Shown piece after piece: positions 37,130 to 48,400 of a stretch of DNA of 64,000 bases. Position 1 is the stretch's first letter, and each line of letters opens with the position of its first letter. The stretch is from sequence record SRR20825010_3141. One strand, given 5' to 3'. Both the position numbers and the translations under genes were made by a program. A model generated the notes under the pieces. The model was not told the origin of the DNA and made no database searches. It worked only from the letters and a program-made list of their open reading frames with translations.

Positions 37130-40100
37130 ATGCGGCTAAGCTTGATACTGTTCGGCTGCGTTTGCGCTTCGATTGCCAGCAATTCGTTTGCTCAGACGGT
37201 TTCGCCAATTCCGGCTTCGCTGAACGCTCAGACACAACGATCGCCGGCGCAAACGATTGTCCAAGTCGCGGCATACACGCCATTTCAAGCCGACGATGCG
37301 ACCGGAACTGCGGCGAGCGGTGGTGGAACCGCCGATGCGAAGCCAAAGGCAACCAATGACCTGAACAGTGTCGAGGCCGTCGCGGCGGAAATCGAGTCGG
37401 TCACCAACGACGCGAACATGGATCCGATGCTGAAGAATCGGTTGTTGGAGTCGCTAAAAAGCCTGCAAGCGGTCCTCACCGCTCGACAGGAAGCCGTCAA
37501 TCGAATCGCGTCGTATGAAAAGTCGTTGCTGTCGATCGCGGAAGAAAAGAAGCGATTCAAAGCCCTCGCCAATCAAGAAGTTTCGATTCAAGCAATTGAT
37601 GTGGATCGCTACATGGCGATCGAACAAATTCAGCAAAAGCAAGCAGAAGCTAGTCTCAGTCTCGACGCCGCTCGGAGCAAGTTGCAGAAGATTGAGTCGG
37701 ACATCACGGCTCGGAAAGAAACTCTGGAAAAGCTTCCTGAGCAAATCGTCCAAACTCGGAAGGAAATCGAGTCGTTAACAGGCGAAACGATCGGCGAAAT
37801 CAAAGATGACCCGGACGGGCGTCTGCGTCATGTTCGCGAAATCGAAACTAAAGCAAAACTCGACGAAGCACGTCAGCGACTCGCCGCTTATCAGCAGCAA
37901 CAGACACTGTTGGAATCACAAGGCGATCTGCTGCCGTTGATGAAAACCGCGACTGAAAAAGAAGTCGCCGAAGCGGAAGCAAAAGCACGAGCTTGGTCGG
38001 CAACGCTTGCGAAGAAGCGACAAAGCGAAATCGCCAAGGACTTGAAAGAATTCCGACGCACGATGGAAGCCGACGGTGGCGATCCCAGTGAGTCGTTGAT
38101 CCTATCGCTCGAAGAACGGTGGATGCGAATTGCCGGCGAAAAGGATCGTATCAGCCGATCGCTCAACGACGAACGTGCGGAGTTGGACAGTTTGTCCGAT
38201 CGACGCACGAAGATCACAACAAATTTGGAAGAGAACATCACGGCGTCCGGTGGTTTGACCAGTACGCTCGGGGTGGAACTGCTGTTGCTCAAGAACAAGC
38301 TTCCCGCTCTTGCTCCGATCAATTCTCGAATTGCAGAACTCAGGAAAAGCATCGAGACCAATCGGGCTCTGCAAACGCAGTTGGAACTGACTCTCGAAGG
38401 AATCTTGGACAACTCGTCGATCGGGCTGTCGCTGGAGAACATCGAAGGCGTGTCGATTCCTCAGGGGAAACTGTCTGAGAGTGAGATTCGTTTGGTCAAC
38501 AAGTTCATCGCTGACTTGAGTGACTACATCGTTCAAATGGTCAGCTTGCAAAGCCAGCTCGAGCAGAAGCAGCGGTTGGTGATGGAGCTGACTTCGATCA
38601 TCGACACCAAGATCGTTTGGATCAAAAGTCAGCCCTCGTTTCGTTTGAACGATTTGGTCGTCTCCTGGCAGGTCTTCCGTGCGATCGTCCACCCTGACAA
38701 TCTGATTCTTTTGGGTCGCAGTTTGCTGAAAGGTTTGCTTAACCGTCCAGAACTGATAGCGATCGCGTTGATGGCAATTTTTACAATCATTTACGCGGGA
38801 GCTAGATTGCGGCGGCGAATCGCAACCCACGGCGAACGTGCTCGAAGTCGCCAAAGCGTCTCGTTGAAACCCACCTTGGCGGCGACGCTGCTTTCTTGGG
38901 CGTTGGTACTGCCGCTGGTTGGATTGCTATGGATTATCGGCGACGCATTGTTGGCGTCTGGCGCGAGCGAAGCGATTGTACGAGCCACCGCCAAGGCGTT
39001 TCATTTGGCTGCCGTTGCAGTGACTCCGGTCGAACTGCTGCGTCAATGCTTGCGTCGTGACGGTTTGGCCGCGGCTCACTTCGGTGCGGATGAAAGTTCG
39101 ATTGCAACGCTTCGGAAATGGTTGCGGTTGCTGATTGATATCGGCGTGCCGATTTTGATCTTTTATGGGATCGCCGAAAATTTGGGACGCTGGCAAGCCG
39201 CCGCGGCGCTAAGCCGCGTCATGTTGGTGATCGGCATGATTTTAATCAGTGTTGTTCTTTGGCGATCGTTTTCTCCCACCTCGGGAGTCTTCTCAAAACA
39301 CATCCAACTCAATCCAAACGGATGGACATCGCGATTGCGATTCCTTTGGTTCGGATTCATCCTGATCGTGCCACTCGCACTCGCCTTTATCGCTTTGATC
39401 GGGCTGAGCAGTGGTGCTCGAGTTTTGGTTGAACAACTCTATCTAACCCTATGGCTTTGTTTGCTGACGTATTACGTCAGCGGTTTTGTGAACCGATGGT
39501 TGCTCACCAATCGTCGCCGATTGACGATGGCGGTTCACCGCGAACGATTGGAAGAATCGGAGCGTCTGGGAGCGGGGGGCGTTGAGATTGAACCGAGTAC
39601 TTCGATGGAAGCCTCTGAGATCAATGCCCAGACCACACGCTTGTTGCAGACAATCCTGTTCATTGTTGCCCTGGTTGGAATTTCGTTGGTGTGGTCGCCG
39701 GTATTGCCCGCTGTTGAGTATTTGGATCAAGTCAAACTGGGGTGGTCCACCACAGACGGCGACGGAAATGTTACGCCAGTCACTCTGAAGAACATCGTCT
39801 TCGCAATTCCGATCATCGTGTTGACTTGGGTGTCGGTGCGGAACTTGCCTGGTTTGTTGGAAGGCGTGTTGCTGGAACGTTTGCCGCTCGACAAACCCGC
39901 ACGTTACGCGATCACGACTCTTGGCACATACGTGCTGATCACGATCGGAATTCTGATGACGGCGAAGGCCCTCGGGCTGCACTGGCAGAACATTCAGTGG
40001 CTGGTCGCCGCGTTGGGCGTCGGACTTGGTTTCGGATTGCAAGAAATCTTCGCGAACTTCATCAGCGGTTTGATTTTGTTGTTCGAGCAACCCATTCGCG

Positions 40101-40597
40101 TCGGAGATGTTGTCACGCTGGGTGACACGACCGGAGTGGTGGCACGGATTCGAATTCGCGCAACCACAGTGACGAATTGGGACCGGCAAGAACTCATTAT
40201 CCCGAACAAAGATTTGATCACTGGGCGGTTGGTGAACTGGACGCTGACCGATAGTACCAACCGGATCGTCGTCAACGTGGGCGTCGCCTATGGAAGCGAC
40301 ACGGAGTTTGCATGCGACTTGCTGCGGAAGATTTGTGAGGAACATCCAAAGATTTCGAAAGATCCCGAACCCGTCGTCACGTTTGAGAGCTTTGGTGATT
40401 CGACATTGAATTTGGTTTTGAGGTGTTACCTGTCGACTTTGGATGAGCGACTGAAATCAATCCACCAACTGCACACCGAAATCAACAAGCGATTCAACGA
40501 ATCTGGGTTGGAAATTGCCTTCCCGCAACGCGATTTGCATTTGCGTTCATTGCCGCCTGAGTTGATGGACCGATTGTGTCCTCCACCAAAGGACTAA
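37130..40597 (+). CDS. MscK/KefA-like large mechanosensitive channel (MscS family)
   Basis: Signal peptide, long periplasmic coiled coil, multiple TM segments, ALGVGLGFGLQEIFANFISG, IRVGD, IIPNK, IAFPQRDLH; start uncertain. Confidence 0.92.
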   Translation: MRLSLILFGCVCASIASNSFAQTVSPIPASLNAQTQRSPAQTIVQVAAYTPFQADDATGTAASGGGTADAKPKATNDLNSVEAVAAEIESVTNDANMDPMLKNRLLESLKSLQAVLTARQEAVNRIASYEKSLLSIAEEKKRFKALANQEVSIQAIDVDRYMAIEQIQQKQAEASLSLDAARSKLQKIESDITARKETLEKLPEQIVQTRKEIESLTGETIGEIKDDPDGRLRHVREIETKAKLDEARQRLAAYQQQQTLLESQGDLLPLMKTATEKEVAEAEAKARAWSATLAKKRQSEIAKDLKEFRRTMEADGGDPSESLILSLEERWMRIAGEKDRISRSLNDERAELDSLSDRRTKITTNLEENITASGGLTSTLGVELLLLKNKLPALAPINSRIAELRKSIETNRALQTQLELTLEGILDNSSIGLSLENIEGVSIPQGKLSESEIRLVNKFIADLSDYIVQMVSLQSQLEQKQRLVMELTSIIDTKIVWIKSQPSFRLNDLVVSWQVFRAIVHPDNLILLGRSLLKGLLNRPELIAIALMAIFTIIYAGARLRRRIATHGERARSRQSVSLKPTLAATLLSWALVLPLVGLLWIIGDALLASGASEAIVRATAKAFHLAAVAVTPVELLRQCLRRDGLAAAHFGADESSIATLRKWLRLLIDIGVPILIFYGIAENLGRWQAAAALSRVMLVIGMILISVVLWRSFSPTSGVFSKHIQLNPNGWTSRLRFLWFGFILIVPLALAFIALIGLSSGARVLVEQLYLTLWLCLLTYYVSGFVNRWLLTNRRRLTMAVHRERLEESERLGAGGVEIEPSTSMEASEINAQTTRLLQTILFIVALVGISLVWSPVLPAVEYLDQVKLGWSTTDGDGNVTPVTLKNIVFAIPIIVLTWVSVRNLPGLLEGVLLERLPLDKPARYAITTLGTYVLITIGILMTAKALGLHWQNIQWLVAALGVGLGFGLQEIFANFISGLILLFEQPIRVGDVVTLGDTTGVVARIRIRATTVTNWDRQELIIPNKDLITGRLVNWTLTDSTNRIVVNVGVAYGSDTEFACDLLRKICEEHPKISKDPEPVVTFESFGDSTLNLVLRCYLSTLDERLKSIHQLHTEINKRFNESGLEIAFPQRDLHLRSLPPELMDRLCPPPKD

Positions 40598-40702
40598 TTT
40601 GGTGTCAACTGGAACAACCTGCGAAGCGATCGGTTGAGTACGGACGAAATCGATCTCGCTCGACGAAGGGTGTTCTGAACGTTGTGAAGAGAGAAATTGG
40701 AT

Positions 40703-42100
40703 ATGAGCAACGCAACTAAACAGCGTCCTCACGTTGTCGTGGTTGGCGGCGGTTTCGCTGGTTTGCAAGCGACGCGAGACCTGCGGAAGGTCGACGTCTC
40801 GGTAACGCTTCTTGATCGTCGCAATTTTCACCTTTTTCAGCCGTTGCTGTATCAAGTCGCTACCGGCGAACTTTCACCCGCAAACATTGCGACGCCACTG
40901 CGTGGGATTCTGCGAAAGCAAAAAAACGCTCGCGTGGTTTTGGAAGAGGTGACATCGATTTCGCTGGATTCGAATGAGGTGTACACCACGGATTCAGTGA
41001 TTGCGTTCGACTATCTGATTGTCGCGACGGGAGCGATCCACCATTACTTTGGTCGTGAAGAATGGCGTCCGCTGGCTCCTGGGCTAAAGACGATTGAAAA
41101 CGCGACGGAAATTCGTCGGCAAATCTTGGGGGCGTTTGAGGCTGCTGAACGCAGCAGCGATCCCGATGAAATTCATGACCTTCTGACGTTTGTCATCGTT
41201 GGAGGTGGTCCGACCGGTTGTGAACTGGCCGGTGCGCTGGCCGAGATTTCGCGTCACACCCTTCAGAATGATTTTCGCTCGATCCAACCTGCAGACGCAC
41301 GGATCGTGTTGGTCGAATCGGGAGATGCTCCGCTGGACGTATATCCTGAACCATTGCCGCAGCGTGCCGCGCTTGATTTGAAAAAGCTGGGTGTTGAAAT
41401 CCAAACGCAATGTCGCGTGGTGGAGATTGAACCGACGCATGTGATGATTCGCAATAAGACGACCGAAGAAGTCAGTCGTTTGAACACGCGAACGGTGTTG
41501 TGGGCCGCAGGGGTCAAAGCAAGTCCGTTGGGTGCGATTTTGTGTGGAGCCGCTGGGATCGAATCAGACCGTGGCGGCCGAGTGCCAGTCAGTCCGGATC
41601 TTTCAATCGCCGGTCATGGCACGGTCTTCGTTTGTGGCGACTTAGCCCAAGTGAAGATGGAGGATGGTGGCGAGGTGCCGGGGTTGGCTCCCGCAGCGAT
41701 GCAGATGGGGACACAAGCGGCGAAGTGCATCCGCGCCGACTTGCAATCCAAGCCTCGCCCCGAATTTCGATATCGGGACAAAGGCAGTTTGGCCGTGATT
41801 GGTCGCTGCACCGCCGTTGGACAAATTGGAAGCTACAAGGCGAAAGGCTTTGTCGCTTGGTTCATTTGGCTGTTCATTCACCTGATGTACATCACCTTGT
41901 TTCGGAACCGGTTGTTGGTGTTGATGCAGTGGGGGTGGACCTTTGTCACACACGACCGATCGGCCCGATTGATCACCGATGGCGCCAACACAGATATCTC
42001 GACGATGGAACAAGCGACCGGATGGAATGCGGACCCTGCAATGCCATCGACCCGCCGTTCGGAGCCGACATCACAAACCGGCGTTGGTGGATCGGATTGA
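40703..42100 (+). CDS. ndh: Type II NADH dehydrogenase
   Basis: VVVGGGFAG, HLFQPLLYQVATG, IVGGGPTGCELAG, WAAGV, APAAMQMG, YRDKGSLA. Confidence 0.9.
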   Translation: MSNATKQRPHVVVVGGGFAGLQATRDLRKVDVSVTLLDRRNFHLFQPLLYQVATGELSPANIATPLRGILRKQKNARVVLEEVTSISLDSNEVYTTDSVIAFDYLIVATGAIHHYFGREEWRPLAPGLKTIENATEIRRQILGAFEAAERSSDPDEIHDLLTFVIVGGGPTGCELAGALAEISRHTLQNDFRSIQPADARIVLVESGDAPLDVYPEPLPQRAALDLKKLGVEIQTQCRVVEIEPTHVMIRNKTTEEVSRLNTRTVLWAAGVKASPLGAILCGAAGIESDRGGRVPVSPDLSIAGHGTVFVCGDLAQVKMEDGGEVPGLAPAAMQMGTQAAKCIRADLQSKPRPEFRYRDKGSLAVIGRCTAVGQIGSYKAKGFVAWFIWLFIHLMYITLFRNRLLVLMQWGWTFVTHDRSARLITDGANTDISTMEQATGWNADPAMPSTRRSEPTSQTGVGGSD

Positions 42101-42174
42101 CCCCGCCAGCTGGCTTCCGGTTTGAACTACAATGACCGCGAAAAGTGGCGTCCTTCTTCTGGAGTGGTTGTTTG

Positions 42175-43359
42175 ATGCGGTTCCGTACGTTTTCTGCCGT
42201 TTGTTTCTTGCTTGGTTCTCTGTCGGCTCAGGTTACCGAGGTGTCAGCGGATGAGCCGGTTTCGTTTGAGATTCGTTTGTTGACCGTGGATGCAAACGAA
42301 GGAATCGCGGCGGGTGACGTTGACGGGGATGGAAAAACGGACCTGGTCGCCGGGCGCAATTGGTTCCGAAATGGCGATTGGGCACCGCGGCCCCTGCGAG
42401 CAATCGAAGATTGGAATGGTTACGTTCAGAGCAACGGAGACTACCTCTTCGACGTTGATTCGGATGGTCGTTTGGATGTGATCGCGGGATCGTTCTTGCC
42501 GACGGAAGTGAAGTGGTTTCGCAACCCAGGCGAAGAAGATTTGCGTTTGGGGAAAATGTGGCCCGAATCCACCTTGGTTGATACGGGAGCGACGGCAAAC
42601 GAGGGGCAGCTGTTCGAAGACATCGATGGCGACGGACGTCCCGAATGGATTGTGAATAGTTGGAAGAATGAAGTTCCGACGGTGATCTGGCGATTGGAAC
42701 CCAACGAATCAACGGAAGATGGCAAACCGGCCTATGAACTGAAGCGGCACGTGTTGGGCGAGGAGTTCAACGGCCATGGAATCGGTGTTGGCGATATCAA
42801 TGGCGATGGTCGGAATGACATTTTGGTTGGTTGGGGATGGTATGAACAACCTGCCGAGAATCCTTGGGGCCAACCCTGGATCGCTCACCGTGATTGGAAG
42901 TTGCACGCCAGTTTGCCGATGTTGATCGAAGACATCGATCAAGACGGTGATCAGGACCTGATTTATGGCGAAGGTCACAACTATGGGCTGCAGTGGTGGG
43001 AAAACACCGGTGTCAATGATTCCGGATCCATCGAATGGAAAGAGCACGAGATCGATCGACGTTTCAGCCAGCCTCACTCGATGGTTTGGGTGGACTTGGA
43101 TGGTGATGGCAACAAAGATCTCGTGACCGGGAAACGGTATTACGCCCACAACGGAAATGACCCAGGTGGAAAAGAAGTTCCGTGTCTCTACTGGTACTCA
43201 TTCGATGTTGCGTCAAAATCGTTCCAGCGACATGTCATTGATGAAGGTCGCGTGGGAACCGGTTTGCAAATCGTCGCCGAGGACTTCAACGGTGACGGAA
43301 AAACCGACTTGGCGGTCGCCGGGAAAAGTGGCACCTACCTGCTATTAGCAAAACCTTGA
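42175..43359 (+). CDS. FG-GAP/VCBS repeat beta-propeller protein, exported
   Basis: Signal peptide; seven DxDGDGxxD-type repeats. Confidence 0.85.
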   Translation: MRFRTFSAVCFLLGSLSAQVTEVSADEPVSFEIRLLTVDANEGIAAGDVDGDGKTDLVAGRNWFRNGDWAPRPLRAIEDWNGYVQSNGDYLFDVDSDGRLDVIAGSFLPTEVKWFRNPGEEDLRLGKMWPESTLVDTGATANEGQLFEDIDGDGRPEWIVNSWKNEVPTVIWRLEPNESTEDGKPAYELKRHVLGEEFNGHGIGVGDINGDGRNDILVGWGWYEQPAENPWGQPWIAHRDWKLHASLPMLIEDIDQDGDQDLIYGEGHNYGLQWWENTGVNDSGSIEWKEHEIDRRFSQPHSMVWVDLDGDGNKDLVTGKRYYAHNGNDPGGKEVPCLYWYSFDVASKSFQRHVIDEGRVGTGLQIVAEDFNGDGKTDLAVAGKSGTYLLLAKP

Positions 43360-43370
43360 CGAAAGACTTG

Positions 43371-43769
43371 ATGTCGCAATCATCTTCGGACTCCGCAAAG
43401 CAAACGCCTTCGTCCATGTCGATTGCGGATGCTCAAACGCAGGTTGACCAATGGATTCAAACCATCGGCGTGCGCTACTTCGATGAGATGACCAATCTGG
43501 CTCAATTGGTCGAGGAAGTCGGCGAGGTTGCACGGATTCTCTCACGCACCAAGGGCGAGCAGTCCACCAAGTCGGGTGTGGTCTTGGGCGAATTGTCGGA
43601 CGAATTGGCCGACGTGATGTTCGTGGTCATTTGTTTGGCAAACCAATCCGGGATTGATCTGACGGATGCCTTGCGGCGAAACCTGGACAAGAAAACGAAA
43701 CGCGATGCAACGCGACATCGCGAAAATTCGAAGTTGATCGGTACTGATGAATCATCGGAATCCGCGTGA
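43371..43769 (+). CDS. MazG-like nucleotide pyrophosphohydrolase (YpjD-like)
   Basis: LVEEVGEVAR, ELADVMFV, LANQ. Confidence 0.88.
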   Translation: MSQSSSDSAKQTPSSMSIADAQTQVDQWIQTIGVRYFDEMTNLAQLVEEVGEVARILSRTKGEQSTKSGVVLGELSDELADVMFVVICLANQSGIDLTDALRRNLDKKTKRDATRHRENSKLIGTDESSESA

Positions 43770-44542
43770 GCTTCTTAGACATCCTGGCTCAACCGGAGAC
43801 GTGGCGATTGGTGGGGGTGCTTTGCCTGGGCATCTTCGTTCAAGCCGCTGCTGGATTCGCGGGCGGGTTGGTGATTGTGCCGTTGCTACTGTGGGCAGGA
43901 TATTCCATCCCGGAAGCTCAAACGTCTTTGCTGGTTGCAACCATTCCTCAAAACTTGTGGGGCGTGGTGTCTTTCCGCGACGCTCTGGATTCGAAACGCC
44001 TGGTGTGGCCGGGGGCGGCGCGTTTGCTGTTCTTGCCGCTTGGCGTGCTGACGTTGCAGTGGATGGAGTCGTTCTCAATGGTGACGCTTCGGCAGATCGT
44101 CGGGGTGGCGGTCTTGTTGGCGACGCTGGCAACGATGTTGTTTCGACCAAAGCCACGTGATCAGGTGGCACCGTTTTGGAGCTATTTAGTATTTCCGCTG
44201 TCCGGATTTCTTCAGGGTTTGGTCGGGATGGGCGGGCCGCCGATGGTGCTTTGGGTGCAAGCCCACGATTGGGACACGCGGCGGATGCGTGGGTTTCTGT
44301 TTTCGATGTACCTGATCAGCTTGGCACCCGGGATTGCTGTGTTGGTATGGTTCTTTGGATCTCGCGTGATTCCCCCGGCATTGATTGCTGCCGCCGCGAT
44401 TCCTATTTTGCTGGCGGTGACTTGGGTCGGTCTGAAAGTCGGAACGGCTTTGGGGACGCAGCGTCTGCGACGGATCACGATGGCACTGTTATTGCTGATG
44501 GGGTTGGCCGGTTTGGCTGCACCGTGGCTGTCTCCCGCCTGA
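43766..44542 (+). CDS. Sulfite exporter TauE/SafE family membrane protein
   Basis: About 8 TM; GFAGG and GMGGPP repeats; GTGA overlap with the previous gene. Confidence 0.8.
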   Translation: MSFLDILAQPETWRLVGVLCLGIFVQAAAGFAGGLVIVPLLLWAGYSIPEAQTSLLVATIPQNLWGVVSFRDALDSKRLVWPGAARLLFLPLGVLTLQWMESFSMVTLRQIVGVAVLLATLATMLFRPKPRDQVAPFWSYLVFPLSGFLQGLVGMGGPPMVLWVQAHDWDTRRMRGFLFSMYLISLAPGIAVLVWFFGSRVIPPALIAAAAIPILLAVTWVGLKVGTALGTQRLRRITMALLLLMGLAGLAAPWLSPA

Positions 44543-44636
44543 ATCGAACCACGATCTCTCGTCGCTGCGAACGGTGCGTTGATTTGGTTTGCGTGTTGTC
44601 TGTGTTGCGAGTTTGGAATTTCTTCCTGTGGGTCCC

Positions 44637-45491
44637 ATGATGGATTTGATTGCGTCGTCGGTTGAAGTTGCTGCGGATGTACCGCTGTGGTCGGTTCCGT
44701 CACTGATCGCTTTGTTCGCGTTGACTTTGATGGAGATCGTTCTCGGCATCGACAACATCGTTTTCATTGCGATTCTGACCGGGAAATTGCCTGCTGAGAA
44801 ACGCTCCTTTGCTCGGCGATTCGGATTGTTCGTCGCGATGGGGATGCGAATCCTATTGCTGATGATGATCGGATGGTTGATGAGCCTGCAGTCGCCAATC
44901 ATTGAACTGTCGTCGCTGGCACCAATCGAATCGTTGAGAGAGCATCTGGCTGCCGACGTCGAAGTCAACGAAATCAGCGGGCGGGATTTGATTTTGTTAT
45001 TCGGTGGCCTGTTCTTGATGTTCACCGCGGTTCGAGAGATCCATCATAAAATCGAAGGCGAGCACGATGATGATCCACAGATGGACATGGATTTGCCCGA
45101 AGCCGATGCAGCGGTGAAATCGCGAAAACCGGTGACGGTCGGATCCGTTTTGTTTCAGATCGCTGTGATGGATGTCATTTTCTCGCTCGACAGCGTGATC
45201 ACAGCGGTCGGCATGGCGTCTCACCTGCCAATCATGATCGCCGCGGTGGTGATTAGCGTCGGTGTGATGATCACGTTCGCCAACCAAATTAGCGACTTCG
45301 TGCAGGAGCACCCAACTGTCAAAATGTTGGCTTTGTCGTTCCTGATTTTGATTTCAGTGGTATTGCTCAGCGAAGCCGTCGGAACGCCAATCAACAAAGG
45401 CTATGTTTACTTTGCGATGGCGTTCTCTTTGATCGTAGAGTTCCTGAACCTACGGATGACGAAAAAGGCGAAGTTGCAGCACGCTCATTGA
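44637..45491 (+). CDS. TerC family membrane protein
   Basis: LMEIVLGIDNIVFI, GGLFL, DVIFSLDSVITAVGM, KGYVYFAM. Confidence 0.92.
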   Translation: MMDLIASSVEVAADVPLWSVPSLIALFALTLMEIVLGIDNIVFIAILTGKLPAEKRSFARRFGLFVAMGMRILLLMMIGWLMSLQSPIIELSSLAPIESLREHLAADVEVNEISGRDLILLFGGLFLMFTAVREIHHKIEGEHDDDPQMDMDLPEADAAVKSRKPVTVGSVLFQIAVMDVIFSLDSVITAVGMASHLPIMIAAVVISVGVMITFANQISDFVQEHPTVKMLALSFLILISVVLLSEAVGTPINKGYVYFAMAFSLIVEFLNLRMTKKAKLQHAH

Positions 45492-48400
45492 ACAGGCCTT
45501 TCGCTTGAATCGTTCCGGGGCGACGCACCTCGCGACCAAAATTTGCGAAAGGGTTGCTCGCGTGAGAGGTGAACCGCGTTGGTTTCGCGAGACTTGGTTG
45601 CTTCTTCTTTTTGGGATGCGGTTGGTGGGTACTTGCTCATCGATTGGAATGGGAGCGGCAAAGTTGATTGGCCAGCCAGTGTGTTGAGGTCGGCGTCTTT
45701 GTCCCATCCCACTCCGTGCAATACGAAGTCGCGTTGCTCGGAATCCGAGAGCTCCTTTTTCGGAACCTCAAAACGCAATCGGATTTCATCGCCACCACTG
45801 ATGACAACCATTGAGTCGTCCCAGTCCGAAATCAGATCTTCGGCCGGACCGTAATTGGTGAGTGGCCCATCGAGAGGTGGCCATCGAGGTGAATCCTGAA
45901 CGCTTTGGTAGTCGTAAGTTTCGGCCTGTTTCGGTCCAGGATGACTTCGTCCGGAGAAGCCGTGCCAAGCCACTTCGGCAGATTGCAAAGTCAGCGGTTG
46001 GACTACGACGAGTGAGCGAAGACGCTCGATTTCCTGGTTCGTTCGAACGGATACCGCTGCGGAATCCCAATAAATTTGGTTGGTCGTTCGGATCCTCACT
46101 CGGGCGTCTTTGCGATTTACCCAGTCGGTAATGTCGACCACGATCGTTTTGTTCTTGCCACCGGGGAATCCAATGAACGGGGAGGCCATTTTCCAACCGG
46201 ATTCTGATGATCCATCGGGAACCCAAAGCGATGGTGGTTCAGGTGATGACAGTTCGGGGTTCTGATCGATTTGAATGTTTAGCGACGTGTCCGTCGGCAA
46301 AATCCATCCGTTGAGGACCAAGTGAATGTTGGCGTCCTCGGATGTGGTTTCAGAAACACGGTCGCTGAGGTCCAAGTCGATCCAGTGTGGCGGGCAGAGT
46401 CCCTGGCGATATCGATGTGCAAACCCCTGGACATGCTCGCCGTCCGTTTCGCGAAGGAGCGATGTCACGTCTGTTCCCGCGGTGTCGGTTGCTTTGGAAA
46501 CTGATTGAAGTTCGGATTGATCAAATGCGTGAATGGTTGGTTCTGCTACCGAAGGCGGGCCGACTTTTTCATTGGTGAAGACGACCACATCTTTGGGGTG
46601 ATCAATTGCCGCCAAGTCCAGTTGATCGAAGTAAGCGACTTCCCAAAGTTCCTCGGTGATTCGAAGTTCGTAGGCTCCGTCGTTGGGAGCCAGGAACTTC
46701 CCGTCGACCAACAAGTGTTCCCACGGTCGATCAGGAACCACAACTCCGGGAGAGGTTTGCAATCCCAGTGGGGCTGCCCACAAACAGTCCGTGACGAACT
46801 CAAACCGTTCCCCGTTGAACGCATACAGGTATGGGCAGGATCCTTTGAGTGTTTGTTCTTCTTCGATCATGACTCCCGGTTCAATCTTGGGAACCGATTG
46901 GGTCAAGCCGTTTGGGAAGATGACTCGTAAGTTGCCGGGGCCGATCAATCCATCCAGTCCAAAGTGGGTGGTCGGATCGGTGACGATACGAGAGCGGTAG
47001 TGTGGTCCGAAACGCAGTTCCAATACCGATCCGACGGCATAGTGATTGACTCGGCCGCTGTTTGCGTTGTTGTCGTCGATGCCTTTGAAGCGAACTGAGA
47101 TCGCCTTGCCGCTCAGATCCGTTGTGTTGGAAGCAACGGAGATGGTCGGTGAGCTTGCGTCACCGGAAGCCGACCACCCGACCAAGTCGACGCGTAGGTC
47201 GGCATCGAAATCAGTCGCCGCGTAAACGAAGATCTCGGATGTTTGGTCGGAAGCTTTCCACTGCAAATCCTGTTGAGGCCCAAACTTCTGTGGTTTTTCA
47301 TCCGCCGATGAGGCAGGCGATAGTTCCAAAACGGATGAAGCCATTCCACCACGAAGGCATTCATAGAAACTGTCATTGTCGAGGTCAGCAACGATAAGTG
47401 AACCTCGGTGGGTTCGCGATGGTTGCTGATCCGTTCCGGTCGTTGGCCAAGAGAATGGCGTGACCGCATCGACTCGCCACATGCCAATGTCGCCGGTGTG
47501 AGACAGAACCAATTGTCCTTGATCGGGCGAGCCCAAAATGATGTCCCAGGACACGTTTCCATCGACGTCTTCGATCGCTAGTGAATCCACGCCCGGTAGG
47601 ACGGGGATGTCATCGCGATAGGAAAAACGAAACTGCAGGTGCAGCAAGTTTTCGATCCATCCGACGCGGCCCGATTGAGGGTGAACGGTCACGACGTCCA
47701 GGTCCAAGTCGCGATCTAAGTCTGCGATTGCGAAAGCAACGGGTGGATCAGACTCGTCCCACGACGTGGCTTGATTCTCATTTGTTGGAAGCGGAAAGAA
47801 CGTTCGGTTGCCGCGATTGACCAGGAGTTCCCATCCTCGATCGGTGGCCGCCATCAAATCCAAGTCCCCGTCTCCTTCAAAATCGCCACTGATCATCGCG
47901 TGAACTTGTGGAAGCAATTCCAGTCCGTCGGCGGCTTCGGTCTTCAACGAGTCTTCATCGGTCGCGTCGGTCTGGCCAAAGTCTCGTCCATCGACGACGA
48001 CCAATTGAGCACCTGATTCACCAAACAGGATGATGCTGCGAAGTGTGTTGTGACTGCGTGACGTCGCGTCCTGACGAAGCCGGCCTGGTGAACTGGAGTC
48101 GACCATGAATAAATCCGCGACCATCATGCCAGTCCACTGGCCGTCCACTTTCAAGGTGCCGTGCTTCTGCCAGCCTTTGTCACCTTGCATCCATAGAAAC
48201 AAAGTTGCAGAGTCGTTACCGGGATGTAGCGACACCAAATCCATTTTGAAGTCGAGGTTGGCATCAATGGCAATCAGATCGTTGGCTGATATCCCTTCAT
48301 CGTTGTCACTAGCAATCGTCAACGATTGAATGTCGAACGACAAAGGATCCGAGGCCGACGCAATTCGCGATTGTTTCGAAACTTCCGCTGAAAGTCGACG

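Noticed and set aside
43371-43769. MazG-like gene as part of a toxin-antitoxin or anti-phage system
   Set aside because: Single-domain house-cleaning type with no adjacent toxin, nuclease or defence genes
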